Shown piece by piece: positions 26,478-38,088 of a DNA stretch of 64,000 bases (position 1 is the first letter of the stretch; every line of letters begins with the position of its first letter). Under the pieces are notes generated by a model. The model had not been told where the DNA came from, did not search any database, and was given only the letters and a program-made list of their open reading frames with translations. Location of the stretch: NCBI GenBank assembly GCA_964016885.1, contig OZ024742.1:282906001-282970000 (forward strand). The letters are read 5' to 3'. The position numbers were made by a program, and so were the translations under genes. This DNA is from Eledone cirrhosa. Its lineage: Eukaryota.

Positions 26478-26679
26478 ACAACAAGGAGGGTGTGGTAAGA
26501 TACCAGGTGGACCATAACACACCAGAGTACTCGATACTTGAGGTAGTAGAGTGGGTAATATGAAAAGATTCAGGACCGACAGCTGAGCTCAAGCTGTTTT
26601 GACAGCTAGATCCGAACATTCGGATCTAGCTGTCGAAACGGCCAAAGCTCAGCCATCGGGGTCCTGAATCTTTTCATAT
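26478..26679 (-). mobile_element. Probable Penelope-like element 3' end with fold-back hairpin, inserted in a TA tract
   Basis: Shares CCATAACAC.CCAGAGTACTCGATACTT..GTAGTAGAGTGGGTAATA.GAAAAG.TTCAGGACC with the reverse complement of 45490-45557. The hairpin 26558-26679 has a 16-bp perfect core followed by GAAACGG. Confidence 0.5.
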
Positions 26680-26968
26680 ATATATATATATATATAGTCA
26701 TAGATTATAATAAGAGGTGTCAAATGCATTCACAGATCTGCAAAATGTGCCTCCATATTATAATGTCAAGCAGTTCATGACCATCCTGATTAACAAAAAT
26801 AAGAACTTATATTTCTGAACAAGGCTACCTAAAATGACATGAATTTTGAGGCTGGTGGTATAAATCTATCTGCACACCATTGATTAACTTGTGCATTAGT
26901 ATCTGCTCATGAAAATGATTGTAAACTAATAAATTTATAACTACCTTATTTTTTTTTCTTATTGTTAA

Positions 26969-27381
26969 CCCTTTAGCATTTATATTACTCTATATATACT
27001 ATTATATTTTCATGGATTGGCAGTATCGGTAGAGGGTCGGACGCCATTCTTTGACGCATAGAGTTACGGCCCTTGCCATTCTGAGTTCAAATCCCGCCGA
27101 GGTTAACTTTGCCTTTCATCCTTACGGGGTCGATAAAATAAAGTACCAGTAATACACTGGGTAATTGCTGGCCTTGTGCCAAAAGTAGAAACAATTATAT
27201 TTTCATGGAAAAGCTTTACCTCACCTAATTATCTCACATAATATCGAATCTCTGAGATTTTGATATTATTTATTTTGAGAACAATACCTTAACGCTAGTA
27301 TGAGTGGCTGGTTACAGCTGGTTTGAATAGAAAGAGGTGAGAGAGTTTGGGATGGATATCGCCGGTTTAAATGCTAAAGGG
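26969..27381 (-). mobile_element. piggyBac-type MITE with a nested full SINE (27013-27198)
   Basis: MITE halves flank the SINE, which has a ~16-bp TSD ATTATATTTTCATGGA. Confidence 0.8.
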
Positions 27382-27657
27382 TTTCAACAATATGTATATA
27401 AATGTATACATATTCCTTGCAAAGACATGTTTTTTCCTAATATTGCATAATCATGCAACTTTGGTAATCCAATGATAATGGCAGTGATGATGAGTGTTAG
27501 AATAATGATTATGATATAGATGTTGGTGATGATGATGTTGATGGCAGTGATGAATCATGACTATGATCATCATGATGTTACTCATGACTAATGTGCTAAT
27601 GATGAAAATAATATTATTTAAATGTTGTCCTCATGCCTAAATTAGAAATCATTACTA

Positions 27658-27724
<67 letters not shown>

Positions 27725-28356
27725 CATTATCATTTCTGATGATGATAATAATAAATATTGGTTGTTGTTGTTGAAGTAATGGTAACAATGAAAGTTTCTT
27801 TTTTATAGTTCTTTATAATGAATATTTTTCCCCTTAAATATAACAAAAAAACAATTCTCCTGAAATACCAGTGCTTGTTGTTATTTTGATCTAATTCTTA
27901 ACCCCTTCTTTCTCTCACATTTTCTCTCTCTCTCTCATTATGTGTGACAATAGAATATGAGACCCAGCTCAAGTTGACTCACACACAATAAGATATTACC
28001 TTAAATCATTCAGCAAAACTTCCCATCTACCCCCCCCCCCCCACACACACACACACACTGCCTCCTGTGTAAGAATGATTTAGAGATAAATTAGGTTAGC
28101 AGGTCAGAAGTCAGTACCATAAGGAGTGCAATAGAGTGCACTTGATGGGATAAGAAGTGCTGAAAGAGTGGTGAATAAACTGATGTCTTTGAGACACTGA
28201 TCAAACTTAGTCAGCACTGAAGTCCACGACGATAATCTCTCTTTTTTTATTTTTTTGACATTTTAGTCAGCAAGAGGAAAGCAGTGTCCATGATCCTTTT
28301 TATTTTGTTGAGTACCTCTGAGAACTGGTGGTAATAAGAGAGGAAGTTGTCTTTAA

Positions 28357-28559
28357 CCATTTAGCATTTAAACTGGCCGTATCTGGCCAGAATTCTCTCA
28401 CCTCATTCTGTTCAAACCAGCTGTAACCGGCCACTCTTACTGATGTTAAGGTATGGTTCTCCAAATAAATAATATAAAAATCTCATAGATTTGATATTAT
28501 GTAAAGCCTTTACCGTGAAAATATAATAGTATATATAAAGTAATGTAAATGCTAAACAG
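28357..28559 (+). mobile_element. piggyBac-type MITE copy
   Basis: Homologous to 9023-9234, TTAA-flanked. Further copies at 32218-32406(-), 39066-39279(-) and 56273-56460(-). Confidence 0.8.
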
Positions 28560-29208
28560 TTAAACCAAAGACTTGGCTTGAGGTCTGATGGCTTGCAATA
28601 GAGTGGACTCTACTAAAGGTACCCAAGACAACAGATTAGCTCTTAGCATCCTATAATGATTTAGCTAAAAATATATTAAAACAAGTTTTGTAAATTCAAA
28701 TGTTTAAAATATCTTTATGAGTGGATAGATCATTGTGAAAATTTGCTATAAACTAAGACGTTAATTTAGTTATAATGCTGTTTTGTACTTTTTAACAATC
28801 TCTTGCTAGTGTGATTTCATGTGGTTTGTTAATTCAGATGTTTACATTATATTTACTAGTGGACAGATCGTTGTGAAAATTTGCCAAATACTAAAGACTT
28901 TAATTTTTAATGTGATGTAGTTATAATTCTGTTTTATATTTTTCAAGAATTTCTTTCCAATGCTATTTCATGTGGTACAGAACGTTAGGAATTAAGTCTA
29001 GCACAGCAAGATTTATCTTGTCAGATGATATCTCATGTCAGATGATATCTCATCTGACATTGTAACAACACAGCCAACCCATTATCCTTGACTCATAAAT
29101 TATTTTAACACTAGACAGTGAAATCTAGCAGCATTTGAACCCAGGACTATTTGGTAACAAACTATCACAGATAGACTAACAGCATTTATTCTGGAAATAT
29201 GATGTAAC

Positions 29209-29400
29209 TGTGGTTGAGTAATCAAAAAGTTCACTTTGTAATCATGAAGTCGTAGGTTTGATCCCACTGAGTGGCATTTTGGGAAAGTGTATTTACAATA
29301 ACCTCAGATCGATCCAAGCCTTGTGAGTAAAATTCGACAGGCAGAAACTATGTGGAAGCTTGTCAGATAGATTGTATCTGTAATTGAAAGGTCCAGTCTT
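29209..29400 (+). mobile_element. Older tRNA-derived SINE of a second family
   Basis: B-box-like GGTTTGATCCC, then ...CCAAGCCTTGTGAGT.AAATT...GAAACTATGTGGAAG. Related pieces at 43300-43420, 54215-54325 and 59980-60015. Confidence 0.5.
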
Positions 29401-30640
29401 GTCAGACTGATTCTGCTTGAGAATTATGTTAAGGGGACACATGGCTGTGGAATACTCAACCATTTACACTAGAGTATAACATGGATTGTACTTGTAATTC
29501 AAAGGTCCTGTCATGTATTTTGTCATGCTGATTCAGCTTGTGATTACATTAACAGTATATGCGTCTGTGAAATACTCAGCCACTTATATGTTCAATCAAT
29601 GACATACAGTTGATCAAACAACTGAATGATCCTCGTCAAAACCGACAGAGAATCTATCTCTTAATGTAACAGCAATTCACAATAATAATATGATTGTGTG
29701 AATAAAAAGTTTGAGGAAATTGAATTTCAATTTGAAATATAGTAACAAGTTCTAGAGATTGCTTTTGAAATTGTCTTGTGTAATGTGTGTTTGTGTGGTG
29801 TGTATGTGTGTGTATTATTGTAATTTTAATGTGTTTAAATGTTTATAGGTCTGCATATGTATGAATAACACCATACACATACATGCATGTTTGTTTACAC
29901 AGATCTTAAAGTATGATTTTGCACACCCAGATATATATTCTTATTGTCACTTTATATATATATATATAAGAGAGAGAGAAGAGAGAAGATTGAACCTGCT
30001 ATATTAAAGGTAGCATATTTGGCAGTGATACTGTGAAATGTATATGGTGTTTATTTAGTTCTTATTCTCAGTTAAAAAGCATATATATATGTATATATAT
30101 ATATATATGACACTAATGTCTATAGTTCTCCTGCAAAAGAAATATTCTTCTCCTCAATTTTATGTAGATTTATACATTTTGATGTCTCTGGAGATTCAGA
30201 TGGATTGATAATTAGTATATATAGCAATATTTTTCTTTGTTTTATTTTATTATGTTCTTCATTTTTCCTTGTTTTTTTTAACATGATTATTTGTATAAGA
30301 ATTTACTTCCATATACTGGTATCGTACTAAATCATAAAATTGTTATTAATTATTGCTATTTAGAGATTTTTTAAATTTATATAAAACTAATAAAATGTTA
30401 TAAATTCTCCCTTGTTGAATTATTAGTTATATATATGTATTTATAATACATATATCATCATCATCATTACCGTTTAACATCTATTTCTCCATATTTGCAT
30501 GGGTTAGATGGGTTGTCATGTTATGAGACAAGTAAGGTCAGGTGACCTTGTCTTGTGTATACGGATTTGTATTTTGACTTGGTTTCTATGACTGGATGCC
30601 CTTCCTAATGCCAACCACATTAGGGTGTGGACTAGGAGCT

Positions 30641-30667
<27 letters not shown>

Positions 30668-30671
<4 letters not shown>

Positions 30672-31640
30672 GTTTCTCTCTAAAAATGAAAGGCAGATTG
30701 TATGATGATTGTATACGAACAGCAATGCTACATGGCAGTGAGACATGGGTTTTACATGCAGAGGACCTGCGCAGACTGGAAAGGAATGAAGCATGCATAC
30801 TCCGTTGGATGTGTAATAATAATATACGTGAACGGCAAAGCATAAATGAACTAAGTGAGAAATTAGGAATAAGAGGGATCAGATGCTGTTTACTTGCGAG
30901 AAGACTACGTTGGTATGGCCACGTGATGCGGATGAAAGATGACAGCTGTATAAAAAAGTGCAGAGCGATCAAAATTGATGGTAGTTACGGAGTAGGTAGA
31001 CCCAGAAAAACCTGGGACGATCTAATAAATTCCGACCTTACACACTTGCACCTCTCTAAGACAATATCACTGGACCGAGATCTTTGGCACTACGCAGTAA
31101 TACAGAAGACCCACCTTGCCTATGTACAAAGCGAAACCTACAGTCAGTAGGCACCTCTTAACCAAATATACCCCACAATCCACTACCCTACCCTATCCTC
31201 CCACTCCCACCAACACCACCCTCTCTCTGTAAAGTTGGTACCACAACATCCAGTCCAAATAAATGAGATAATTGTTTCTACTTTAGGCACAAGGCCAGCA
31301 ATTACCCAGTGCATTACTGGTACTTTATTTTATCGACCCCGTAAGGATGAATAAATGAGATAATGAGATTGAGATTGTGTAGGTGTCACGACAAAAAACA
31401 CACAGTCCACGCTGTAATGTGGCCGTGTAGGTAACACGGTAAAAAGTTCCCAGTTCCACACTGTAAATGTGGTTGGTGTTAGGAAGGGCATCCAGCCATA
31501 GAAAACCTGCCAGATAGTCCTATATGAGTGAGACACAGTCACCTGACCAACCTTGACTCAAGTTAGGACAACTCCCGTCTAACCCATGCTAGCGTGGAAA
31601 ATGGACATTAAACGAAGATGATGATGATGATGATGATGAT
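30668..31640 (+). mobile_element. 5'-truncated RTE LINE copy with a SINE fragment in its 3'UTR
   Basis: KGFSLKMKGRLYDDCIRTAMLHGSETW...RRLRWYGHVMRM, 3'UTR and (GAT)n tail. Begins at a TA tract. Reverse SINE piece at 31270-31350. Confidence 0.9.
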
Positions 31641-31704
31641 ATATATATATATAGAATAATGAAAATGCAAAGTTGTAGATGTGAAAGAGTCCTTTATTAA
31701 TAAG

Positions 31705-31779
31705 GCTGTGATATATATTTCAATGACAACAGTTGCCACATGATTTCACGTAATCAGTGCCGTAATCTCATCAGACAGC
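31705..31779 (-). ncRNA. Minimal type I hammerhead ribozyme with a long stem II
   Basis: Minus strand: GCUGU-CUGAUGA-[GAUUACGGCA CUGAUUACGUGAAAUCAUGUGGCAAC UGUUGUCAUU]-GAAA-UAUAUA-UC^ACAGC. 5-bp stem I, intact core, palindromic helix III, AUC triplet, AAUAAA a few nt downstream. Confidence 0.8.
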
Positions 31780-32532
31780 TTCATTATATAATAAGGTAAC
31801 ATTCTCAAGGCAATCCAAACTAAAGTGACAAGGGAACAGATAAAAATAATGTTTATGAAGCCTTCATCCATTCTATATATAAAAAACAGAAAATCCTTAT
31901 TGCATATTATTGGAATTTTTAGATTGATGTAAACAATGTACAGATGAAGGCACTTGCATGAATGGTTAGGGTTGTTCATCCCATGATCTTCAGATCATTG
32001 TGGTACACTGTAATCTTGGGCAAGACACTTTAGTTCACATTGCTTCAATCTACTCTGAAGGAAAAAATATGTTGTACCTGTAATTTCAAATGACTGACTT
32101 TGTCACAAGACTGTGTCTCACTGAATCACCCTGGGACATACATTAAGATTACACGTGTCTATGAAATACTTAGCCATTTGCATGTTAATTCCCTAAGTAG
32201 CCTGTTCCATTAGTTAACCCTTTAGCATTTACATTACTCTATATATACTATTGTATTTTCGCGGTAAAGGCTTTACCTCATAATTATCTCATAGAATCTA
32301 TGAGATTTTGATACCAATACCTTAACATCAGTATGAGCAGCCAATTACAGCTAGTTTGAACAGAAAGAGGTGAGAGAATTCTGGCTGGATGTGGCTGGTT
32401 TAAATCCAACAAGTGGATGCAACTCTCATCATTAGATTCAACAGAGATCCAACAGGCAAACAGACAAAACAAGTACAAAACAGTCTTTCTAGCATTCTGC
32501 CTGTCTGACTGTCTGTATGCTTGTGTTCTTAC

Positions 32533-32677
32533 CTGAAGACAGTTATTGTACTTCACACCTGCCTGTGTATGTGTTATTAAAACAATGAGTGGAATATTTT
32601 ATAGATGTACACATAGATTGAGAATGTTGTTCCTTCTCAATATACAATGAGTAGTAGACAGATATGTGGTTTGATAG
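32533..32677 (-). other. Candidate 145-nt non-coding (UTR or lncRNA) exon
   Basis: Strong acceptor TCCTCCTCTCTCTTTCACAG and consensus donor CAG|GTAAGA. All three frames contain stops. Confidence 0.35.
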
Positions 32678-32704
32678 CTGTGAAAGAGAGAGGAGGATTA
32701 ATTA

Positions 32705-32758
<54 letters not shown>

Positions 32759-33331
32759 AATTTACAGCCCCACCACCACCTTGGTTCTATGCTTGGTTCT
32801 TTGTTTGTTGTTCTGTTGTTATTGTTGTTGTTGTTATTATCACAATTATTAACATTATTATCAGTATTATTATTATTATTATTGTTGATGTTAACTGTGA
32901 ATGTGTGTATGTATATATGTGTACATGTGTACATGTGTGTGTGTGTATACATATGTGTATATATATATATGTATATATACATATATGTATATGCATTTCT
33001 ACATATTTGTATATCTATATATATATATATATACAGACACACTTGCACATATATATATATAGGCATATAAATTTAGGTTTTGTTCTTTTTCCAAGAAATC
33101 TAAATTAAGTTTCAATATGTTTAAATTAGAATTAATTGTTATATGTATATAGAATCACATATTAACTGCTGTTGTTGTTGCTATCAGTATTGTAATTACC
33201 TGCATTGTTGTTGTACATCAGTATTAATACATTAGTTTTAATTCAGATTCTTTAAACAAGTCAGCACCACATCATTTATATTATGTACACACACACACAC
33301 ACACAGGCTCACACACACACACACACACATG

Positions 33332-33373
<42 letters not shown>

Positions 33374-33575
33374 TTCACACACACACATGCATACATATAC
33401 ATGATGATTATGATGACAAACTTAATAATGAATATGAACATTGCTTGTTAATTAATAAGCTGCAAAACAAAGATGAACTTTATACTCCGGTTGAAGATTT
33501 CTAGCTTTTACTGTAGCTGTTAGTATTACATAAATATCTCTTCTCAGTTAAATGCAATACAGAATAAAGACCAGA

Positions 33576-33975
33576 GTGGATTGGCAGTATCGGTAGAGGG
33601 TCGGACGCCATGCTTTGCAGCAAAGATTTACGGCCCTTGCCATTCTGAGTTCAAATCCCCCCGAAGTTAACTTTGCCTTGCATCCTTACGGGGTTGATAA
33701 AATAAAGTACCACTAATAGCAGGCCTTGTGCCAAAAGTAGAAACAATTATTAACACCAATGTGGATTGACAGTATCGGTAGAGGGTCGGGCGCCATGCTT
33801 TGCATGCAGCACAGTTACGTCCCTTTCCGGTTCATCAACGTCTAACATCTATCTTCGGTCTGAGTTCAAATCCTGCCGAGGTTAACTTTGCCTTTCATCC
33901 TTACGGGGTCGATAACATAAAGTACCAGTAATATACTGGGTAATTGCTGGCCTTGTGCCAAAAGTAGAAACAATT
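33576..33975 (+). mobile_element. Tandem pair of tRNA-derived SINEs
   Basis: Copies at 33576-33750 and 33761-33975, flanked by a 48-bp direct repeat. A third copy is at 34339-34520. Confidence 0.85.
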
Positions 33976-34124
33976 ATTACATAAATCTCTCCTCTCAGTT
34001 AAAGGCAATACAGAATCAAGACAATGATTTAGCCTTGTGTACAGACAAGTATCTCTTCAGATCGCCACTAGAGGGATAATGTTTGATATATGATTAACAG
34101 ATATATTCTTTCAAGTGGAAATAA

Positions 34125-34325
34125 TTTATTTATTTATTTATTTGCATTCCAGCTGAGGGGATGAGGCCATGCTCAGGCACCACTACTGCTGCTACACTTT
34201 CTATAGCCAGCCTTCAAAAGGGAGTTTGTTGCTGCTGCTTTTATTTGTGCTTCACCTTGTACTGTGGGTTCATCTGGAATCTTGTTCAGTACAATGTTGA
34301 GATGTCTCTTGAACACATCTACATG
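34125..34325 (-). mobile_element. CR1-group LINE 3' end
   Basis: Minus strand translates as DVFKRHLNIVLNKIPDEPTVQGEAQIKAAATNSLL (FK..LD.FL..IPDEP...AA.SNSL-type C-terminus), followed by a short UTR and a (TAAA)n tail. Confidence 0.55.
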
Positions 34326-34800
34326 CAAATTATTAGCTTGGCAGTATCGGTAGAGGGTCGGACACCATGTTTTGCAGCAAATAGTTATGGCCCTTTATGA
34401 TCTGAGTTCAAATCCCGCCGAGGTTAACTTTGCCTTTCATCCTTATGGGGGTCGTTAAAATAAAGTATCAGTAATACACTGGGATAATTGCTGACCTTGT
34501 GCCAAAAGTAGAAACAATTATTAGCTTACTTTAGTTCATGTGACCCTGAGTGGCTCAGAAGACTGGCCAGCCTCTTAAAAAGACAAATTTTGGTTATAAG
34601 TTGATCATTTGAAAAAATAAAACAAAAATGCTAAAAAGTCTGAACCACATTTAATTTAGAACTGTTTCATTTGAATGAAACAGTTCTAGAAACCATTTCT
34701 ATATTAAACATAACATTTACACTCTACTAATGTATTGAGTTCTTTACTTACTGTAGTTACCCCCTGATTGAACCTGGGACAGACACACACATATATATTA

Positions 34801-34840
<40 letters not shown>

Positions 34841-34846
<6 letters not shown>

Positions 34847-37222
34847 ACTAAATCCCTCCCCCATGAAGAATGCACCTCCCAACATAGACTGATAATTAGC
34901 GACCTCATAGTCAGGACGAGCCGTACTCGACAGCAGAAGAGGACTATCCTCAGGAGAAAAATATGGAAGCTAAAGGACCCCACAGCCAAAAATAAATTTC
35001 AAAACATATTACTTGATGCTTTCGACAGTAAGGAAGAACATTTAGAGTCGGACAATATAGAGGGACAGTGGGAATTTCTGAAAGCAAACCTGCTGTTGGC
35101 CACAGACGAAGTCTGTGGCTGGAGCAGGCCTGTAGGCAGGAGGAGAGTAACATGGTGGTGGAACAGTAAGGTGGAGGGGTCAATTAAGGCCAAAAAGCAG
35201 GCTTGGAAAGTATGGCGGGATGGGGGAAGTAGAGTAGACTATCAAGTGGCCAGGAGGGAAGCTAGGAGAGAAGTGTACTTAGCAAGAAGGGAAGCTGAGG
35301 AAAGAAAGTTCAAGCATGTCCTACAACGCGATGACCAAAAACGTGAGGTGTTCAGGATTGCTAGGCAATGCGTCAAGGAAAACCGTGATATTGTCGGGGA
35401 GAAGTGTGTACTTAACGATGATGGCATACTTGCCATCACCGACACTGATAAGAAGGTAGCTTGGAAGTGTCACTATGAAAGGCTACTAAATGAGGAGAAT
35501 AAATGGGAGAAAGACAGTCTCCCCCATGTCGACCCAATAGAGGGACCAGCAGTGTTAGTCGAGGGGAGTATAATAAGTAAGGCAATCAAGGATATGAAGA
35601 CAGGTAAGGCGGCTGGGCCTTCGGAAATAGTTGCTGAGATGCTGAAGGCATCTGGCACGGTGGGACACACCATGGTCACCCGCATAGTTAACCAAGTCGT
35701 ACAGAATGGGGTTGTTCCGAAGGACTGGCATAGCAGCATCATCGTTAACTGTTATAAGGGTAAAGGAGACGCCCTAGATAGGAGTAACTATAGAGGCATT
35801 AAATTAATCGACCAGGTCATGAAGGTCACAGAAAAAGTAATAGCGCAACTAATCAGAGAGAGAATTGACCTAGATGAAATGCAGTTCGGGTTTGTGTCAG
35901 GCAAAAGTACCACAGACGCTCTTTTCATAGTACGACAACTACAGAAGTACCTAGCTAAAGGTAAACCCCTCTACTTAGCTTTTGTCGACTTGGAGAAAGC
36001 CTTCGACAGAGTCCCCCGCTCCATTATCTGGTGGGCTCTTAGAAAACTAGGCGTCGACGAATGGCTTGTGAGGGCTATACAAGCCATGTATAAAGAAACA
36101 GTCAGCAAGGTTAGAATTAACAACGAATATAGTGAAGAGTTTAGCGTAAAAGTTGGCGTCCATCAAGGCTCTGTTCTCAGCCCCCTACTATTTATTATTG
36201 CCCTTCAGGCTATAACAGAGGAGTTCAAGACAGGCTGCCCATGGGAACTCCTATACGCAGACGACCTGACACTCATAGCGGAATCAATGGCCGAGCTAGA
36301 GAAGAAATTCCAAACATGGAAGCACGGCCTAGAGTCAAAAGGACTTAAAATTAACCTGGCTAAGACCAAAGTTCTAGTTTGTAGGAAAGAAAACAAGGCG
36401 GCGGTCCCTTCTGGGAAATGGTCGTGCTCGGTGTGTAGGAAAGGCGTAGGTAGAAACTCCATTTTGTGTCCTAAATGCAAAGTATGGGTGCATAAAAGAT
36501 GTAGTGGGATCACAGGTAAGCTAACTAAGAACATAGATTTTACATGTGGCCGGTGTTCTGGTGCAATAAGTAGCAGCAAGTGCCCACAAAATACTAGCTC
36601 TTTCAATTGCGCAGAGGGTTCTATAGAAATAGTGGACAGCTTCCGTTACCTGGGCGATAAAATCAGCAGTAGGGGAGGGTGCTCTGAAAGTACTGTAGCT
36701 AGAGTCAGAACTGGTTGGAAAAAGTTCAGAGAGCTTATACCACTATTAGCTGCTAAAGGGTTCTCCCTAAAAATGAAAGGCAGGTTGTACGATGCCTGCA
36801 TACGAACAGCAATGTTGCATGGCAGTGAGACCTGGGCATTGTGTGCAGAGGATATACGCAGACTAGAGAGGAACGAAGCTTGCATGCTCCGCTGGATGTG
36901 TAACAGTAATATACGTGAACGGCAAAGCATAAACGAACTAAGGAAAAAATTAGAGATAAGAGGGATCAGATGTTGTTTACTCGAGAGAAGGCTACGTTGG
37001 TATGGACACGTGATGCGCATGAAAGTCGATAGCTGTATAACAAAGTGCAGGGCAATAAAGATAGACGGTAGCCACGGAATAGGCAGACCTAGAAAAACCT
37101 GGGACGAGCTGATAAACTCCGACCTCACACACTTACACCTCTCCAAGACAATGTCACTGGACCGAGACCTTTGGCGGTACTCAGTAACAGAGAAGACCCG
37201 CCTTGCCAGTAGGCATCTCTAA
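34841..37222 (+). CDS. LINE polyprotein: end of APE endonuclease, reverse transcriptase and PHD-like zinc finger (5'-truncated, ~794 codons)
   Basis: The frame is open upstream of the called ORF (TKSLPHEECTSQHRLIISDL...). RT motifs NYRGI, FVDLEKAFDRV, GVHQGSVLSPLLF and LLYADDL. Cys cluster CSVC..CPKC...H..C...CGRC. C-terminal RGRP-like GRPRKTW. Confidence 0.92.
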
Positions 37223-37580
37223 CAAAATACACCCCGTCCCACCACCACCACCCCCACCCCATCCACACCACCCCGTCCTATGTAAAGTTATGTTGGTGCC
37301 GCGCCATCCGGGCCGAAACAAATGAGATCGTGTAGGTGTCACGACAAAAAAACACACAGTCCACGCTGTAATGTGGCCGTGTAGGCAACACGGTAAAAAC
37401 CTCCCAGACCCACACTGTAAATGTGGTTGGTGTTAGGAAGGGCATCCAACTGTAGAAAACCTGCCAGACAGTCCTATGCGAGCAAGACAATCACTCTTGC
37501 CTCAAGTGGGACTACCCCCGTCCAAACCCATGCAAGCGTGGAACACGGACGTTAAACGTTGATGATGATGATGATGATGA
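34841..37580 (+). mobile_element. Young 5'-truncated RTE-clade LINE inserted in a (TA)n tract
   Basis: Uninterrupted ORF, ~350-bp 3'UTR and (GAT)n tail, bounded by TA tracts on both sides. Confidence 0.95.
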
Positions 37581-37635
37581 TATATATAAATAAAGTTTCT
37601 ACACAAGCTGCAAATCTGACTTTAATTATTTTCAG

Positions 37636-37717
<82 letters not shown>

Positions 37718-37718
37718 T

Positions 37719-37782
<64 letters not shown>

Positions 37783-37814
37783 TATGTATATAAATATATA
37801 TATATATATAAATT

Positions 37815-37895
<81 letters not shown>

Positions 37896-37942
37896 CTGAA
37901 AATAATTAAAGTCAGATTTGCAGCTTGTGTAGAAACTTTATT

Positions 37943-37976
<34 letters not shown>

Positions 37977-38042
37977 TATTAATATATATGTGTGTGTCTG
38001 TCCCAGGTTCAATCAGGGGGTAACTACAGTAAGTAAAGAACT

Positions 38043-38088
<46 letters not shown>

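Noticed and set aside
34657-34688. 15-bp-arm hairpin TAGAACTGTTTCATT-TG-AATGAAACAGTTCTA (and an 11-bp hairpin at 29035-29060)
   Set aside because: Real but short and isolated; no element or RNA family could be assigned.
36205-37146. Antisense ORFs over the LINE (also 50303-51319)
   Set aside because: Shadow frames of the RT coding sequence.
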